A model generated the notes under the pieces. The model saw only the letters and a list, made by a program, of their open reading frames with translations. It was not told where the DNA came from and did not search any database. From Leucoraja erinacea (Eukaryota): DNA of 64,000 nt. The stretch covers positions 18,724,001 through 18,788,000 of the forward strand of contig NC_073398.1 of NCBI RefSeq assembly GCF_028641065.1, written 5' to 3'. Made by a program: the position numbers and the translations under genes. This document shows, piece by piece, positions 36,722 through 49,890 of this stretch (positions are counted from its first letter, which is position 1; every line of letters begins with the position of its first letter).

Positions 36722-36755
36722 AGTCTGAAGAAGGGTTTTGGCCCGAAACGTTGCT
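36722..36755 (+). ncRNA. Minimal type I hammerhead ribozyme motif in the Penelope pLTR
   Basis: CUGAAGA (36725-36731), an extra A, stem II GGGUU/GGCCC, GAAA (36745-36748), palindromic AACGUU in place of stem III, NUH = GUU. Stem I is only ~3 bp. Confidence 0.7.
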
Positions 36756-39499
36756 TATTTCCTTCGCTCCATAGATGCTGCTGCACCCGCTGAGTTTCTC
36801 CAGCTTTTTTGTGTAACCTTCAGAAATACTTAACTTTGTATGCCATGTTACAAAGACAAACAGAAATACATTTTGTTCAGAAACTTTAAGATTGGTTATT
36901 GATAATTTATTAAAAAAAACTATGACCCATATTGAGGTGGGGATACTTTAAAATTGTGCCATGGTGAAAATAAATTATTCCCAGACAGCACTTACATTCA
37001 TTTTCAAAAATTAATTTAATCAAAGGAACTTACATTATGGATTTGTGTCCAGCCCTATTAGTGGCAAACACACAAAAAAAGACAATTTATTAATATTAAT
37101 AATAATAATTAATGATAATATTTAATAATAGCAAAGATAATTTAAAGCTGTCATTTTGGATTCTGAGACCATAGAAGTCTTCGTTTTGTGCATGTTTAAC
37201 TTGTATTTGGAGCAGCACAACAAAACAATTTTGAGATGTTGTGCAAACCTAGCAAAGTTGTGGCGGCACCCAACTTATTTCCTCCTCCAGTTTGCTGGGT
37301 TTCGATTAGCTGTTTTTTGTTAAATCCCGATTGCTCTACCGCAACACATCGGCCCATTTTTGAAATTTAGGACATGAGTTTTCTACATCGTCAGTCATTT
37401 GATTCTGTGCTTCTGCCAGGAATCGGCTGCACATTTTAATTACTTCAGCAAAACACCTCTTTTGATTCAGAAGTACAGATGAGGAAGACCAATTGACCTA
37501 TATTAGCCCATCTATCAAATCCAATTAATCTCCTGTTTTAAATGAGGTACGTGCCAAAAAATAATTGTGATAATTAGTAATATTTGAAAGCAGAATGAAC
37601 TAGCCTGGAATATTTAAAGATCATTGAAAATAATGAAAGGGAGGTTCAAGAAACCAAAAACAAAGTATATCAGAACATAAGAAATAGGAGTAAAAGTAGG
37701 TCAATTTGTCCTTCAACCTGCTCCATCAGTCAATAACATCCTGGCTTGACTAATCTTGGTCTTCATTCTTCTTTTTTGTTCCCGTGCCATACCCCTTTGA
37801 CCCTCTTACACTTTAAATTCCTTCCAATTTCTGCCAATGTGTCCACCTCCACAGCCTCGAGGTTATAGGAACTGATCTGCACCTCCAGCTGGGCCGGAGT
37901 TCCAGAGCCCTGGCTGCAGGGTGCAAATTTGACCCGCCGAGCGGCCATGGAAGTCCTGATGAGATTGACATCGGCTGCCTCACCCGACCTAGGCGCTACA
38001 TTTTCGGGGGGACTTCCGTGGAGGGTGGGGGATTTCAAGTGTGCTTTCGTAATTTTTTCTGGATTAAAGAAGCTTTCAGACCAACAGTTGCCTGAAAATC
38101 GGTGGTGGACTTGTCGTAAGGGTACCTATAAATACTTATATCAGATGTAGCTCAACATTTTGACTTAAGCTTAGGACTCCAGAAGAGATGCGTTCAATAT
38201 CATCACATGCCCAACCCAATGTTAGCCTAACCATTCAAGACACTCCACTCCATGGGGAAGTAGCAAGCTATAGTCAGAGGGTGGCATTAATGTAATAAAG
38301 CACCAGCCTTCAAACTACAGTATTTCCAAATATAAATGACAAGCACTAATCAGTTTTGCAATTACAAGAACAGTAAACAAATCTGTGAAGGGAACAAGGT
38401 TTTAGCTCACAGTGGGAGATATGTTTAGGAAAAACATGACCATAAGACATTCTCTTGTGCATTGGCCAAATGTAATCATTCGAGCTTTGTAGATTCAACT
38501 ACATTGACTTGACATTAGACACCTTGAGCTAAGATATTTTACAACATTGTGAGATAGATGCATGAGTTATACCTCCAAGCCCAGAATGAATACATGGAAG
38601 GTTCTAGGTTAAATTTTGCCATGTGGCAAATCAAACATGGCCATGGACATATTTACCTGTCAATCAACACTGTGTTTTTTGTATAAAATAACCAACTTTT
38701 GCAGTATTGATATTGTAAAGCTTCTGCTGACAAAACCCAGACATCCAAAATATTATGATGTTAAAATAAGAAATGTTTAGAATAATGATGTGAACTACCT
38801 TCCCTCAACAAGGATGTTTATGTATTCCAAGTTGATCTGGCCAATTAAGACGTGCAACCATTATACATATATGATTCCATGGAACCATTTGTTCACACCC
38901 AAAATATTAAAGTAGGCTGTGCACTGTAGCTGTTATATTTTACTTGATCACCTGCTATTACTCTTGTACGTAAAATATATATATTTTCGAGTCAAAACTC
39001 AAAATCTATTAAGTTTTATATATATAAATATAAAACTTGATATATTTTGAGTTTGGGAAGATTCTTTTTCACCGGGTCTCCTTTGTGTGTTTGGTGGTGT
39101 CAACAAACGACCAGCGAGATCGGTGATCTGAAGTAACTCATTCAAGAGCAATACTTGAAACTAGTAATCACATACCTACATTGACCGCCACTGATGAAGA
39201 CAGTCATTTCAACCCACCTGCTTCTGTTGCATAATTCTACTTCCGCTACATCTCTCTACTCGTGATCACCTTTACTCGCAGTCTTTGAGGCCAGACTGAA
39301 CCCACATCCTTTCTGTACCTTTGTGTACCTTGGACTCACAAAACACATTAAAGCAAAGTCTTAACCAATTAGTAGTCAGTAAATCACAAACTGGCCGTTA
39401 CTACTTACTTCAAAACATCAGATTCACAACATAAACATTTTTGGGTTGACTATGTCGCTGCAGTTTAAGGCATCTTCACAGGTACCAATGATTTTTTTT

Positions 39500-39685
39500 G
39501 TGGAAACAAAGAACTCCTGCTGCTGGCTACTACACAAAAGGACACAAAGTGCTGGAGTAATTCAGCAGGTCAGGCAGCATCTCTGGAGAAAACGGATAGG
39601 CGATGTATCAGGCTGAAACCCTTCCTGGAAACAAGATCCTTGGAGACTTGACTGGCTGAGTTTCTCAAGCACTTTATGTACCTTA
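39500..39685. mobile_element. Degenerate fold-back Penelope pLTR element
   Basis: gctggagtaattcagcaggtcaggcagcatc arm and an inverted ggctgagtttctcaagcacttt arm. Confidence 0.6.
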
Positions 39686-39892
39686 AAACATTTTTGGCTC
39701 ATCTCACTGGATTGCTAAAAGTTCTACCATTCACTGTAAAAGTCATGCCCTGGATTAATTTCTCAAAATGCAACACCTCACAATTAGTTGCATTAAACTC
39801 TGTTATCCATTCTTTAGCCCACTTGTCCAACTAATCAAGTGACTGCAATTTTTGATAACCATCTTCACTGTCTAAGATACCACCTACTCTAG

Positions 39893-40673
39893 TGTTCTAA
39901 ATATGCTCCTAAAGCTTACACCCTCCCCCCTTCCATAGTCTAGTTCAGTAAAAAACACTGACTCAAGCACTGGACCAACTAATCTTTATTTTTAGAACAA
40001 ACAGCAAATTCCCCTATACAATACCTAAACCACCGCGGGATCAATCCTTGTCTCTGCATGGCCAGGCCCTTCAGCCTCGTGCAAGCAGACACTGCCCAAA
40101 AGGTCACCCAGTCCCAAGCACCCTTCCAGAAGATCGACACCGATCCAAAATGGGGCTAACTTTTATTGGTCCACGAACCTTGAGGGGCCAAACTACATAG
40201 GGGTGGTCCCCTTACAATCCAATCAAACATATCAATTACATCAATATATTATTGACAGTTCCCCAATCCAATTACAGAGAGTCTTAAACAATATTTCTTA
40301 CAGAAGCTTCTAGAAGGAAGCTAGTCAACTGAATAATGCAACATTTACCCTGGAACACAAAACAATTCTGCTAAGGCTTAACACTTTGGCAAATCAACAA
40401 ACCGCAGGGCAACTGTCTTGCAACATTATTTACAATTCCTTTGCAGCAATCCAATCATATCAATGCATTTAAGTTTATTTGCAGAGTTTTTATACATTTT
40501 ATCATTTAAGGGGAAATGAGGAGAACATCCGGATCTTTCACCATCCTGCATATCAATCTGAGGCTCAGACTGGCCAGCACCATCCACAGCCTGTAATTTT
40601 TCACTGACAAAGGTTAAGCAATTCTGGCAAATGCAGGGATTCTCCATTTTATAGTGTCTTTAATTTGGTCAAC
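39893..40673 (-). mobile_element. Solo LTR inserted in an old antisense CR1
   Basis: TG...CA ends; antisense AATAAA (~39985); the CR1 sequence resumes at ~40680; homologous to 47177-47849. Confidence 0.55.
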
Positions 40674-42379
40674 ATTAACAGTGTCATCTGTAAATGTACT
40701 AATTATTCCTTGTAAATTCTCATCTAAACCACAAACAACAATGGGCCCAGCACCGATCCCTGAGACACAGGAGTTCAAAAAATAATATTATTTGTTATAA
40801 ATTATTATAACCCCCTCTTCCCTCTCTTGTTATTCTCCGACTGTATACCACATGAGGATATGAGCGTCACCAATCCTACTGCGGTTGTCAATGATTGGTG
40901 AGGAACCATTGGCCTTATCTGGAGATGTGTTTCTCTCTGACTTTTCACTCCTTTTGCAAAACATTTTGGATGCTCATAGTACTCCATTACATTGCCCCAA
41001 AATAATTTAAATAGACCAATCTGTAGGAAGTCAAATCTGTGCAAATGAAAAGCATCCAGGAAAGTATGTGATGTGATATATATAATGCAATAACAATATT
41101 TGTCACTAACGCAGTGGTTTCTGATGGTATTTATTTTCATCTGCAATATTTCATTCCTGCCTTTGAACCTTGAAACATCATTTAGCAGGAACTCAGGAAA
41201 GATTCTTATTGTTTTTCAGTACTAAAATTAGATTAATATTTGTAATGTAAATATTACTATTGATTTTCTACCTGACTTCTATGTAATCAGCAGGAAAGAT
41301 GTTTCACAGCAATCACAGGCTTGACATAGCCCAGCATCTTATTTCTTAACGGTTGGAATTTGCTTAGCAGGAGTCAGTGCCCATGTTGTACTATTTTGTA
41401 GTAAGTTCTTGTCCTGGCATTCATTAAGAATGGGGAAGATGATTTAAAATTCAGTGCATTTCTGGAAGCAAGGTGTGTTGATAGATCCATTAACTTAAAG
41501 AATGATGTATATCCTTTTACTCCTGGAACATGCATGAGGGAACAGGAGTAATTCATTCAGCCCCTGGAGCTTGCTCTGAAGTTCAGGGCCAGCATATAGA
41601 TGTGCCGTTGATACCTGTGTTCCGACCGATATATTCTCTACATCTGCAGAACCAGAAAAATATTTAAAACAAGTATTTATAGGGAATCATTTTCCACCTT
41701 TATGCACAGTTAATGAAAAATAAATGACTGAATTTGGCATTGAACATAATTGGGGTTAGAGTGGTTTTGTGAGTAGTTATATTTCATCAGAAGAGAAAGA
41801 ATTGTAAATCTCCTGGGCTTTGAGCAAGTTTTGCTATGAGTGATAGAAGGAAGAGGGCTGTGTAAATTAATGATTTTGTCAGGAATAAATGCAAATGAGA
41901 AAGCAAACAAGGTGAACTATAAATTAGTACCTAGATTTTATTACTTGCATCTCAATTAATTGCCTCATTAAATACAGCCATTTCAGTATTCATTTCTCTT
42001 CATGATGCTATATTGACAACTTTTATAAAATCTTACAAAACTCTAACAAGCACTCTTGATATATATTTTTTTCAAATTACGTGCAATCTTAAATGTTTTT
42101 CTCACACACTAATGCAATCTTTATATTAATGAATAATCAATATTAAGTACTGTTACATATTAAATGTAGTTGAGCCACTTCATCACCATTTTTTAAAGCA
42201 ACAGTGTGTTGTTTAATATTTATCCATATATATTTTAATTAGGTTATATTGTATCCACATTATGTCAGAAGTTTCTGTAGTATTTTTAATTTATATTTTC
42301 TTTGTATATCCACACTGTTAGTCCAGATTAGATTCAATTACATGCCTGGAAATAGCCTGTAGTTATTACTAAATGATCA

Positions 42380-42620
42380 TGTTTAGTCAGAGGGTGGTGA
42401 AACTGTGGAATTCATTGCCATAGACGGATGTGGAGGCCACGTCAATGGATATTTTTACGGCAGAGATTGACAGTTTCTTGATTAGTAAGGGTGTCAGGGG
42501 CTATGGTGCAAAGGCAGGAGAATTGGGTTGAGAGGGACAGATAGATCTGCCTTGATTTAATGTTGGAATAGACTTGATGGGTTGAATGGCCTAATTCTGC
42601 TCCTAGAACTTATGAACTTA
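42380..42620 (+). mobile_element. CR1 LINE 3' end
   Basis: cagagggtggtgaaactgtggaattcattgcc...gaatggcctaattctgctcct. Same subfamily at 58040-58387 and 59733-59968. Confidence 0.8.
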
Positions 42621-43339
42621 AGTTCATATCAAATTCCCGTAATCGTTGTTGTAACCTGGACATACTACATTTGAAATGTGTTATGAGTGCATGTGTATTT
42701 ATCAATTTCTTCCAAGGTTTAGACAATAATTGTTTTATTTTCATTGTTGCCCTCAGAACAATTTCTAAATTGACAATAACAGAGGTACTGTAGGGAAGAA
42801 ATTACATGTTAATCTTTGGCTAGCAACAAATACTATCATCTTAGCCCAAGCTAAGGAAGGAGAATGTCATCAAAGTTTTAGCTTCTGATCCTTGTTTGTG
42901 ATTGTCTACTGAAACATGTACCTTGAATTTCAACAGAAGATTCAAAGAGTTTTAAAACACAGGAATTGGCCTTTCGGCCCACCACGTCATACCAAACATT
43001 TTTTCCAATTTGCACTAGTGTTATTTGTATGCATTATGGCTGCATCCTTCAATGCCTTTCCTTGTTAAATGTTTTCCTAAATGCACCTTAAATATCGTAA
43101 TTCTATCTGATGCCCCTGATCCCCTGTAAATCTCCTGCCTGACACTGGTGGAAGTGTCTAATCGTAGACACTTCGACCAGCTCACCCCTCAGCCTCCTTC
43201 AGTCCAGAGAAAACAAGTCCAGCTTATTCCATTTGTCCCCATAACTGATGTCCCTCAATCAGTGGACCATCTTGCAGGATCACGTAAATAACTCATTACT
43301 TTTGTGTCTGATGTTTCCAAAGGTTTAACAATCCAATGG

Positions 43340-44482
43340 CATAGGAACATAGAAACATAGAAAATAGGTGCAGGAGTAGGCCATTCGGCCCTTCGAGCCT
43401 GCACGGCCATTCAATATGATCATGGTTGATCATCCAACTCAGTATCCTGTACCTGCCTTCTCTCCATATTCCCTAATCACTTTAGCCACAAGGGCCACAT
43501 CTAACTCCCTCTTAAATATAGCCAATGAACTGTGGCCTCAACTACCTTCTGTGTCAGAGAATTCCACAGATTCACCACTCTCTGTGTGAAAAATGTTTTT
43601 CTCATCTCAGTCCTAAAAGACTTCCCCCTTATCCTTAAACTGTTACCTCTTGTTCTGGACTTCCCCAACATCGGGAACAATCTTCCTGCATCTAGCCTGT
43701 CCAACCCCTTAAGAATTTTGTAAGTTTCTATAAGATCCCCCCTCAATCTTCTACATTCTAGCAAATATACGCCGCGTCTATCCAGTCTTTCTTCATATGA
43801 AAGTCCTGTCATCCCAGGAATCAGTCTGGTGAACCTTCTCTGTACTCCCTCTATGGCAAAAATGTCTTTCCTCAGATTAGGAGACCAAAACTGTACACAA
43901 TACTCCAGGTGTGGCCTCACCAAGGCCCTGTACAACTGCAGTAGAACCTCCCTGCTCCTATACTCAAATCCTTTTGCTATGAATGCTAACATACCATTCG
44001 CTTTCTTCACTGCCTGGTGCACCTGCATGCCTACTTTCAATGACTGGTGTACCATGACACCCAGGTCTCGTTGCATCTCCCCTTTTCCTAATCGGCCACC
44101 ATTCAGATAATAGTCTACTTTCCTGTTCTTGCCACCAAAGTGGATAACCTCACATTTATCCACATTATACTGCATCTGCCATGCATTTGCCCACTCACCC
44201 AACCTATCCAAGTCACCTTGCAAGCCTCCTAGCATCCTCCTCACAGCTAACACTGCCCCCCAGCTCCGTGTCATACGCAAACTTGGAGATGTGGCATTCA
44301 ATTCCCTCGTCCAAATCATTAATATATATTGTAAATAGCTGGGGTCCCAGTACTGAGCCTTGCGGTACCCCACTAGTCACTGCCTGCCATTCTGAAAAGG
44401 ACCCGTTTACTCCTACTCTTTGCTTCCTGTCTGCCAGCCAGTTCTCTATACACATCAATACTGAACCCCCAATACCGGGTGC
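43340..44482 (-). mobile_element. CR1 (HER1-like) LINE, 5'-truncated, young
   Basis: [21 protein letters not shown] (catalytic FADD mutated), YRALVRPHLEYCVQFW; (CATAGAAA)n tail. Confidence 0.92.
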
Positions 44483-44629
44483 CTAGCACATGGGTGGGTT
44501 GAGATGACTGTGGGTTGAGATGACCGGCATGCATTGTTGGACCTATTACATAAAGCATGTTCATTTTGATCACGTTGGTAGGTAGCTGCCAGTGGAGTAT
44601 TGGTGGACTTGCACCTATTTCTCCACTGC

Positions 44630-45197
44630 CACTTCCCCTCCACCTCCTATTCCTTCCTCTAGCTTCACAATTTGCAACTCTTCTATCCTTTTATCTCACA
44701 CCTTCTAGTTTTTCATCTCTGGACTTTGTCTAACCATCTGCCTAACAAAGCCCTCCATTGCGTGTATTCACGTTTCCTGTCACACGTTGACCTTCCTGTC
44801 CTCTCTTCCATCTTTATTCTACCCCTCCCCCCACACACACACACACCTCTACAATCTGTCTGGAGAAAGCCTCCTGACCCAAAACATCACTTATCCATGT
44901 CCTCCAGGGATGCTGCCTGACTTGTTACTCTAGCACTGTGTCTTTTTTTGGTAAACCAGCATCTGGAGTTCCTTGTTTCCACAATGTTCATGTTCTATCA
45001 GGAATTCACCAAAATTATTAACCTCATTTAAAACTGATAATTTTTTTAAGTTGTTATTGTCCTCTCCTCATGGCATGATGTCTAAGATGCACTTGGATGC
45101 ACCTTTTCTCCAGAGATGCTGTCTGACCCGCTGATTTATTCCAGATTTTTGTGAATATCTTCAGGGTAAACCAGAATCTACAGTTCCTTCCAACACA
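44630..45197 (+). mobile_element. Two degraded Penelope pLTR fragments (44630-44985 and 45100-45197)
   Basis: Both end in aaaccag(c/a)atct..agttcctt; decayed hammerhead at ~44858-44890. Confidence 0.6.
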
Positions 45198-45443
45198 CTA
45201 CATATCTGGAAACTTGCAACTTCGAGCAAAAGCATTTTCAGACACTCAGAGACAAAAGGCATTTTGAAAAGTTATTTGAGTAGTTTGTACATATCCTGCT
45301 CTAGAACTTCCCCCAACAACAGAATATCAAACATTGGAAAATGGGTTTTCTCAAAATCAATATCACATAAGCCTAACAAAGTAAGTCTGGATCTTTATAT
45401 CTGTCACTTCAAGATAAAATCTTTTAGTAAAATTAATAACTAA

Positions 45444-46870
45444 AGCCCCTGTCCCACTTGGGCAACCTCCACCTTGAGTTCTGGTGACCTTGCCCATGAC
45501 CTATAGTTGCGGGAAGGTTGCCACGTGGTAGGAGGTCTTCGTCACTCTATGGTCGGGAGTGGTCTCCACATAGTCGAGGCTTCAGCTAGGTCACGGCGTA
45601 TTTTTCAAGATTTTTCAAGATTTTTCAATACTTTAGTCGTAGGTCTAGTCAAAGTCAGTCGTAGTAGGTCGTGATGCTAGTCGTAGCTACTCAAAGATGG
45701 TCGAAGGTAGTCGAAGATAATAGCTCCAGGGTCAAAAAAAAGGTCAGTAGAAAAAAAAGGTAATTTAAACAGCAGAACGTGACCTCCGTCACTCCAGGGC
45801 ATGTTCATTCATAGCTGGAGAGTTTTTTGGAGAGGAGACTTGTGTTTTAGAGATGGCACCAAAAAGGCAGCAGCGCAAGGGGAGGAGTGGCAGGAGGTGA
45901 TGCCACAAGAGGTGCTAGTGCAGGAGGAGTTAGCCCTGCATGAGAGACCCCATGGCGGAGGAGACCAGGGTGGTAGTATATGTCCCCACCACCACCCCAT
46001 CCTTCACTGCTCATTTGAAGGCAGCAAAGCAGCCCTTTCTCCTGTATCTGACACAGCATCAGCGGCAGATGCCCCATTGGTGGTGAGGGAGGGCTGGAGG
46101 AAGGTTATGCTCTACACCTTCACCAGGCAGCAGGAGGGGTCTTTGAGGAATGGTTCCAGCAGAATGCCATCCTGTACGATAAGGAAAATGAGGGGTACAG
46201 GGACAGGGACAAGAATGGCATGCTTGCCATCCACTGCCCCACATGTGTGCTTAAAGTTCCATGTTTTGTCAAAGCCCAGCGCCACTCTCTTCCAGCTATC
46301 TGGTGTACTGGGACAGTCCATCACATCATCTCCATTCACCAATTGAGACCTTTTCTTGTGCTTCCTCTTCACCCTTTCCCTTCCCCTTCTGCCTTTTTTA
46401 AAAGGCTGCTGAAGCAAAAGGGCTACTGCAAACAGCATAGTATTTTTACTAACATCCTCCAACCTAGTTCCTTCCTTGCTTGCATGGTTCAGAATGAATT
46501 AAAAAAAAAACCTGGGAGGCATTTTCTAGTGAGAAAAATCTGCAGACATGACATCATTTTATCAGGTGATCATTTGAGTTGTAGACACTCGTCACTGGTC
46601 GTTGTTGATTTTCAGTGTGGTCCTCTGAGGTCGAAGGGGGTCATACTCATTTGCGGACCAATTTGCCAGAGACCATCCTCGAGTAAAACGTACATGGTCG
46701 AAGCCAGTCTTCAACAGTTGAAGGAGGTCGAAAGAGGTCTTCATCATCGTCAAGGGAGGCCTTCAACATAGTCGTAGGAGGTCGTATGTCACCGTATGAC
46801 CTTGATTTATTTTTAGTCGCTAAAGGTCGCCAGAACTTGCGGTGGAGGTCTCCCAAGTGGGACAGGCCCA
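45444..46870. mobile_element. PIF/Harbinger deletion derivative with MADF and transposase relics
   Basis: Imperfect TIRs of ~45 bp (GCCCCTGTCCCACTTGGG...CCCAAGTGGGACAGGCCC) with TAA/TTA flanks. Minus strand: CPSTPDSWKRVALGFDKTWNFKHTCGAVDGKH. Plus strand: FEEWFQQNAILYDKENEGYRDRDK. Confidence 0.85.
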
Positions 46871-47176
46871 TTATCCCTAAAAAGGTTTAGTTTAATGACT
46901 GATGTGGGTGTTTTCTGATACCTGCATATTTTGATTGTTTTATTTTTCTCTGCAAGTAATATTTGATTTCTTACAAAAAAGAACCTATTACGCCAAGATT
47001 GTGTATGCACCACGTTAGAATAATCACGAGGCTGTATTTCTTCTTAATTCTTGACGATGTCCTTGATACTTAAAATAGCAGACCTGTAAAAGGGACATCC
47101 GAGCAGTTGCAAAAAATACCAATGGCCTCAAGCCTCATGGGTTTTCAGAGGAGGGCCAGAGGAAAAAAGATGTGTC

Positions 47177-47849
47177 TGTGATAATTGCTCATTTCTAAGC
47201 TTCCCCCCAGTCTAGTTTCAGTAAAAACACTGAATCAAAAGCACGTCACAGATCAAACACTGTACCTGAACCACTGCGGGTTCGATCCTCGTGTCTGCCT
47301 ATTCAAGCCCTCTAGGCCTCGCTCATACAGAGGCACTCCAGAGGTTCATGCAGTCCCGAGCGCTCTTCCAGAAGATCAAAGCTGAGCCTCGTGATCGCAG
47401 ACTTTTATACCTCCCGGGACCTCGAGGGGCTGAACCACATGGGTGTGGTCTCTCAATAACCCAATTACAGATAACGATTAACCCCATACATACCAGGCAT
47501 TCCCCTAACCCAATGATACAACAGTTCAATACATTGTATTCAAAACGGACTTCGAGAGGAAGTCAACTCAGAAACATTTACCCTGATTTACAGAAAACCC
47601 AGACAAGGCTCAACACCTCATCCAATCAACACTTGGCAAAGTCAAACTATGCAACATTATTTACAACTATTTACAAGATGTATGTCTGGTTTGCAGCCAT
47701 CCAATCCATTCTATGCATTTTGCACCAAATTGACAGGGTTTGCAGATCTTCCCATTCTTTGCTTGCAAATTGTATCTAAGCCCCAGACACTCTGGCAGCT
47801 CTCTGCAGCTCGTCCCAGCTCTGCAGAGAGCAATTCCAATTCGACCAAA
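47177..47849 (-). mobile_element. Solo LTR (truncated by the Rex insertion), related to 39893-40673
   Basis: Shared blocks: agtctagt(t)tcagtaaaaacactga, cttccagaagatc, gagggg, aacatttaccctg, tgcaacattatttacaa. Antisense TATAAAAG at ~47402-47409. Confidence 0.55.
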
Positions 47850-49418
47850 TAAGTAAGTAAGTAAGTAAGTAAGTATGTTTTTTGACCAAGTATTCACATA
47901 CAAGGAATTTGCCTTGGTGCTCCACCCACAAGTAACAACATGGTATACAGTGACAGTTATGAATAACTCAGAAAACACTAAACATTAATAATAATAAAAC
48001 ATTAATGATAAAACACCATTGATCAATCAGGCGAACCAACAAAATACCAGATCAAAGGGAGGCTACATATTTTTGGCTGTTGAGTAGAGCAACAGGTTAA
48101 AAACTGTTTTTATGTCTGGCTGTGGCAGCTTTGACAGTCCGGAGTCGCCTTCCAGAGGGAAGTGATTCGAAGAGTTTGTGGCCAGGGTGAGAGGGGTCGG
48201 AGATGATCTTGCCCGCTCGCTTGCTGGCCCTTGCAGTGTACAGCTCATCAATGGAGGGAAGGTTGCAGCCAATAACCTTCTCTGCTGATCGGACAATTCC
48301 AGGTGTTGTGCTTGGTGGCTGAGCCAAACCCAGACCATGATGGAGAAGGTGAGAACAGACTTTACGATGGCCGTGTAGAATTGGACCATCATTGCCTGTG
48401 GCAGATTGTGCTTCCTCAACTGCCGCAGGAAGTGCATCCCCTGTTGGGCCTTTTTGACTGTGGAGTCAATGGTAGCCCCCCACTAAAGATTATTGGAGAT
48501 GATGGTTCCCAGGAACTTAAAAGACTCCACAGACGTGACTGTGGTGTTGTTGATGGTGAGTGGGGTGAGGGGAGGGGAGCACTCCTAATATCTGCAATCA
48601 ATTCCACTGTCTTAAGAGCATTGAGCTCTGGGTTGTTGCGACAGCACCAGAACGCCAGCTGTGACACTTCCTGTCTGTAGGCAGATTCCTTCCCATCCTT
48701 CCCATCCTGGATCAGTCCAATCAGGGTTGTGTCGTCCGCAAACTTGAGAAGCTTGACAGAGGTGTCTGTGGAGGTGCAGTCATTGGTGTAGAGATAGCAG
48801 AGGAGAAGATAGAGTACGCAGCCTTGCGGTGCTCCTATGCTGAGTGTTTGCGGATCCGAGATGTGCTTTCCCAGCCTCACATGCTGCTTCCTGTCTGTCA
48901 GGAAGTTGGTGATTCACTGACAAAGGGGTTCAGACACAGTCAACTCGGAAAGTTTGGAGTGTTCTAGCTCTGGCACAATGGTGTTGAATGCAGAGCAAAA
49001 ATCAACAAACAGGATCCTCGAATCAGTCCCATGGCGGTCTAGGTGCTGTAGGATGAAGTGCAGGACCAGGTTGACTGCATCATCCACAGATCTATTGGCC
49101 CGATATGCAAACTGCAGAGGGTCCAGCAGGGAGTTTGTGATATTTTTCAGCTTGGCCAGCACAAGCCTTTCGAGTGTCTTCACATGACTACAGATGTCAG
49201 TGCGACAGGCCTGTAGTCATTAAGACAAACTTGCCTTTTTGGGTACAGGGACAATAGTGGAGACTTTGAAGCAGGCAGAGACAGTACATGTTTGCAGGGA
49301 CTGGTTAAAAATGTCTGTATAGTTCAGTGCCAGCTGTTTGACACAGAGCTTAAGAGTAGTGGGGGAAATATTGTCAGGTCCTGGAGATTTCCGGCTCTTT
49401 TGTCCTCTGAAAAGCCTG
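47850..49418 (-). mobile_element. Rex1/Babar-clade LINE, 5'-truncated, frameshifted RT
   Basis: KSPGPDNISP, LDPLQFAYRANRSVDDAV, FVDFCSAFNTI, GAPQGCVL, KFADDTTLIGLI, LPSGRRLR; (ACTT)n tail. Confidence 0.9.
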
Positions 49419-49599
49419 CCAGCAACCCAGAGAAAATCTCCCAGCAACTCTGAAACCAATTTTGAAGTTCAAGCTGCTCCAATTTAGCCAGGATTAACAT
49501 CTGCTTGGCGCCGGTGTTATTAATGAAGGGCTCTATCATTTTCTCTTTCCATATCTATTTGCTCTTTTTTTTGTCACCTAATAAATGAATGAAGCAGAT

Positions 49600-49890
49600 T
49601 CCAGTTTGGAGAAATCCTTAGGTTTGAGGTTCTATCGATGTTCCAAAAATTAGCAAGCAATTCAAGCTTTTCCCTGGGGCTATCAAACTGCACAACTACT
49701 CCCCCTTCTGTTGTAGAGTGTGTCCCCTTCCCCCTACCCCCCCTCCCCAATCTTTCCACATCACCAATCCTGGACTTTCCACTCGGCACTTTAATTTCAT
49801 GTTTCATGTATCTTGTTGTGTTTTATGTCTGTTGCAAACTAATTTCCCTCATGGGATGAATAAAGTTCTACCGTATGATATCGTATTGTA
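49600..49890 (+). mobile_element. Rex-type LINE 3' fragment
   Basis: Decayed ..AIKLHN ORF end, then gggatgAATAAAgttcta and an (ATCGT)-like tail. Confidence 0.55.

Larger units (their letters stand above)
35751..36822 (+). mobile_element. Penelope-like element (Neptune-type), 5'-truncated, with 3' pseudo-LTR
   Basis: RT-thumb plus GIY-YIG ORF followed by a pLTR containing a hammerhead motif. Confidence 0.92.

Noticed and set aside
39893-47849. Single provirus bounded by the two LTR-like sequences
   Set aside because: The LTRs are too diverged, the flanking CR1 resumes right after the first one, and no retroviral ORFs lie between them.
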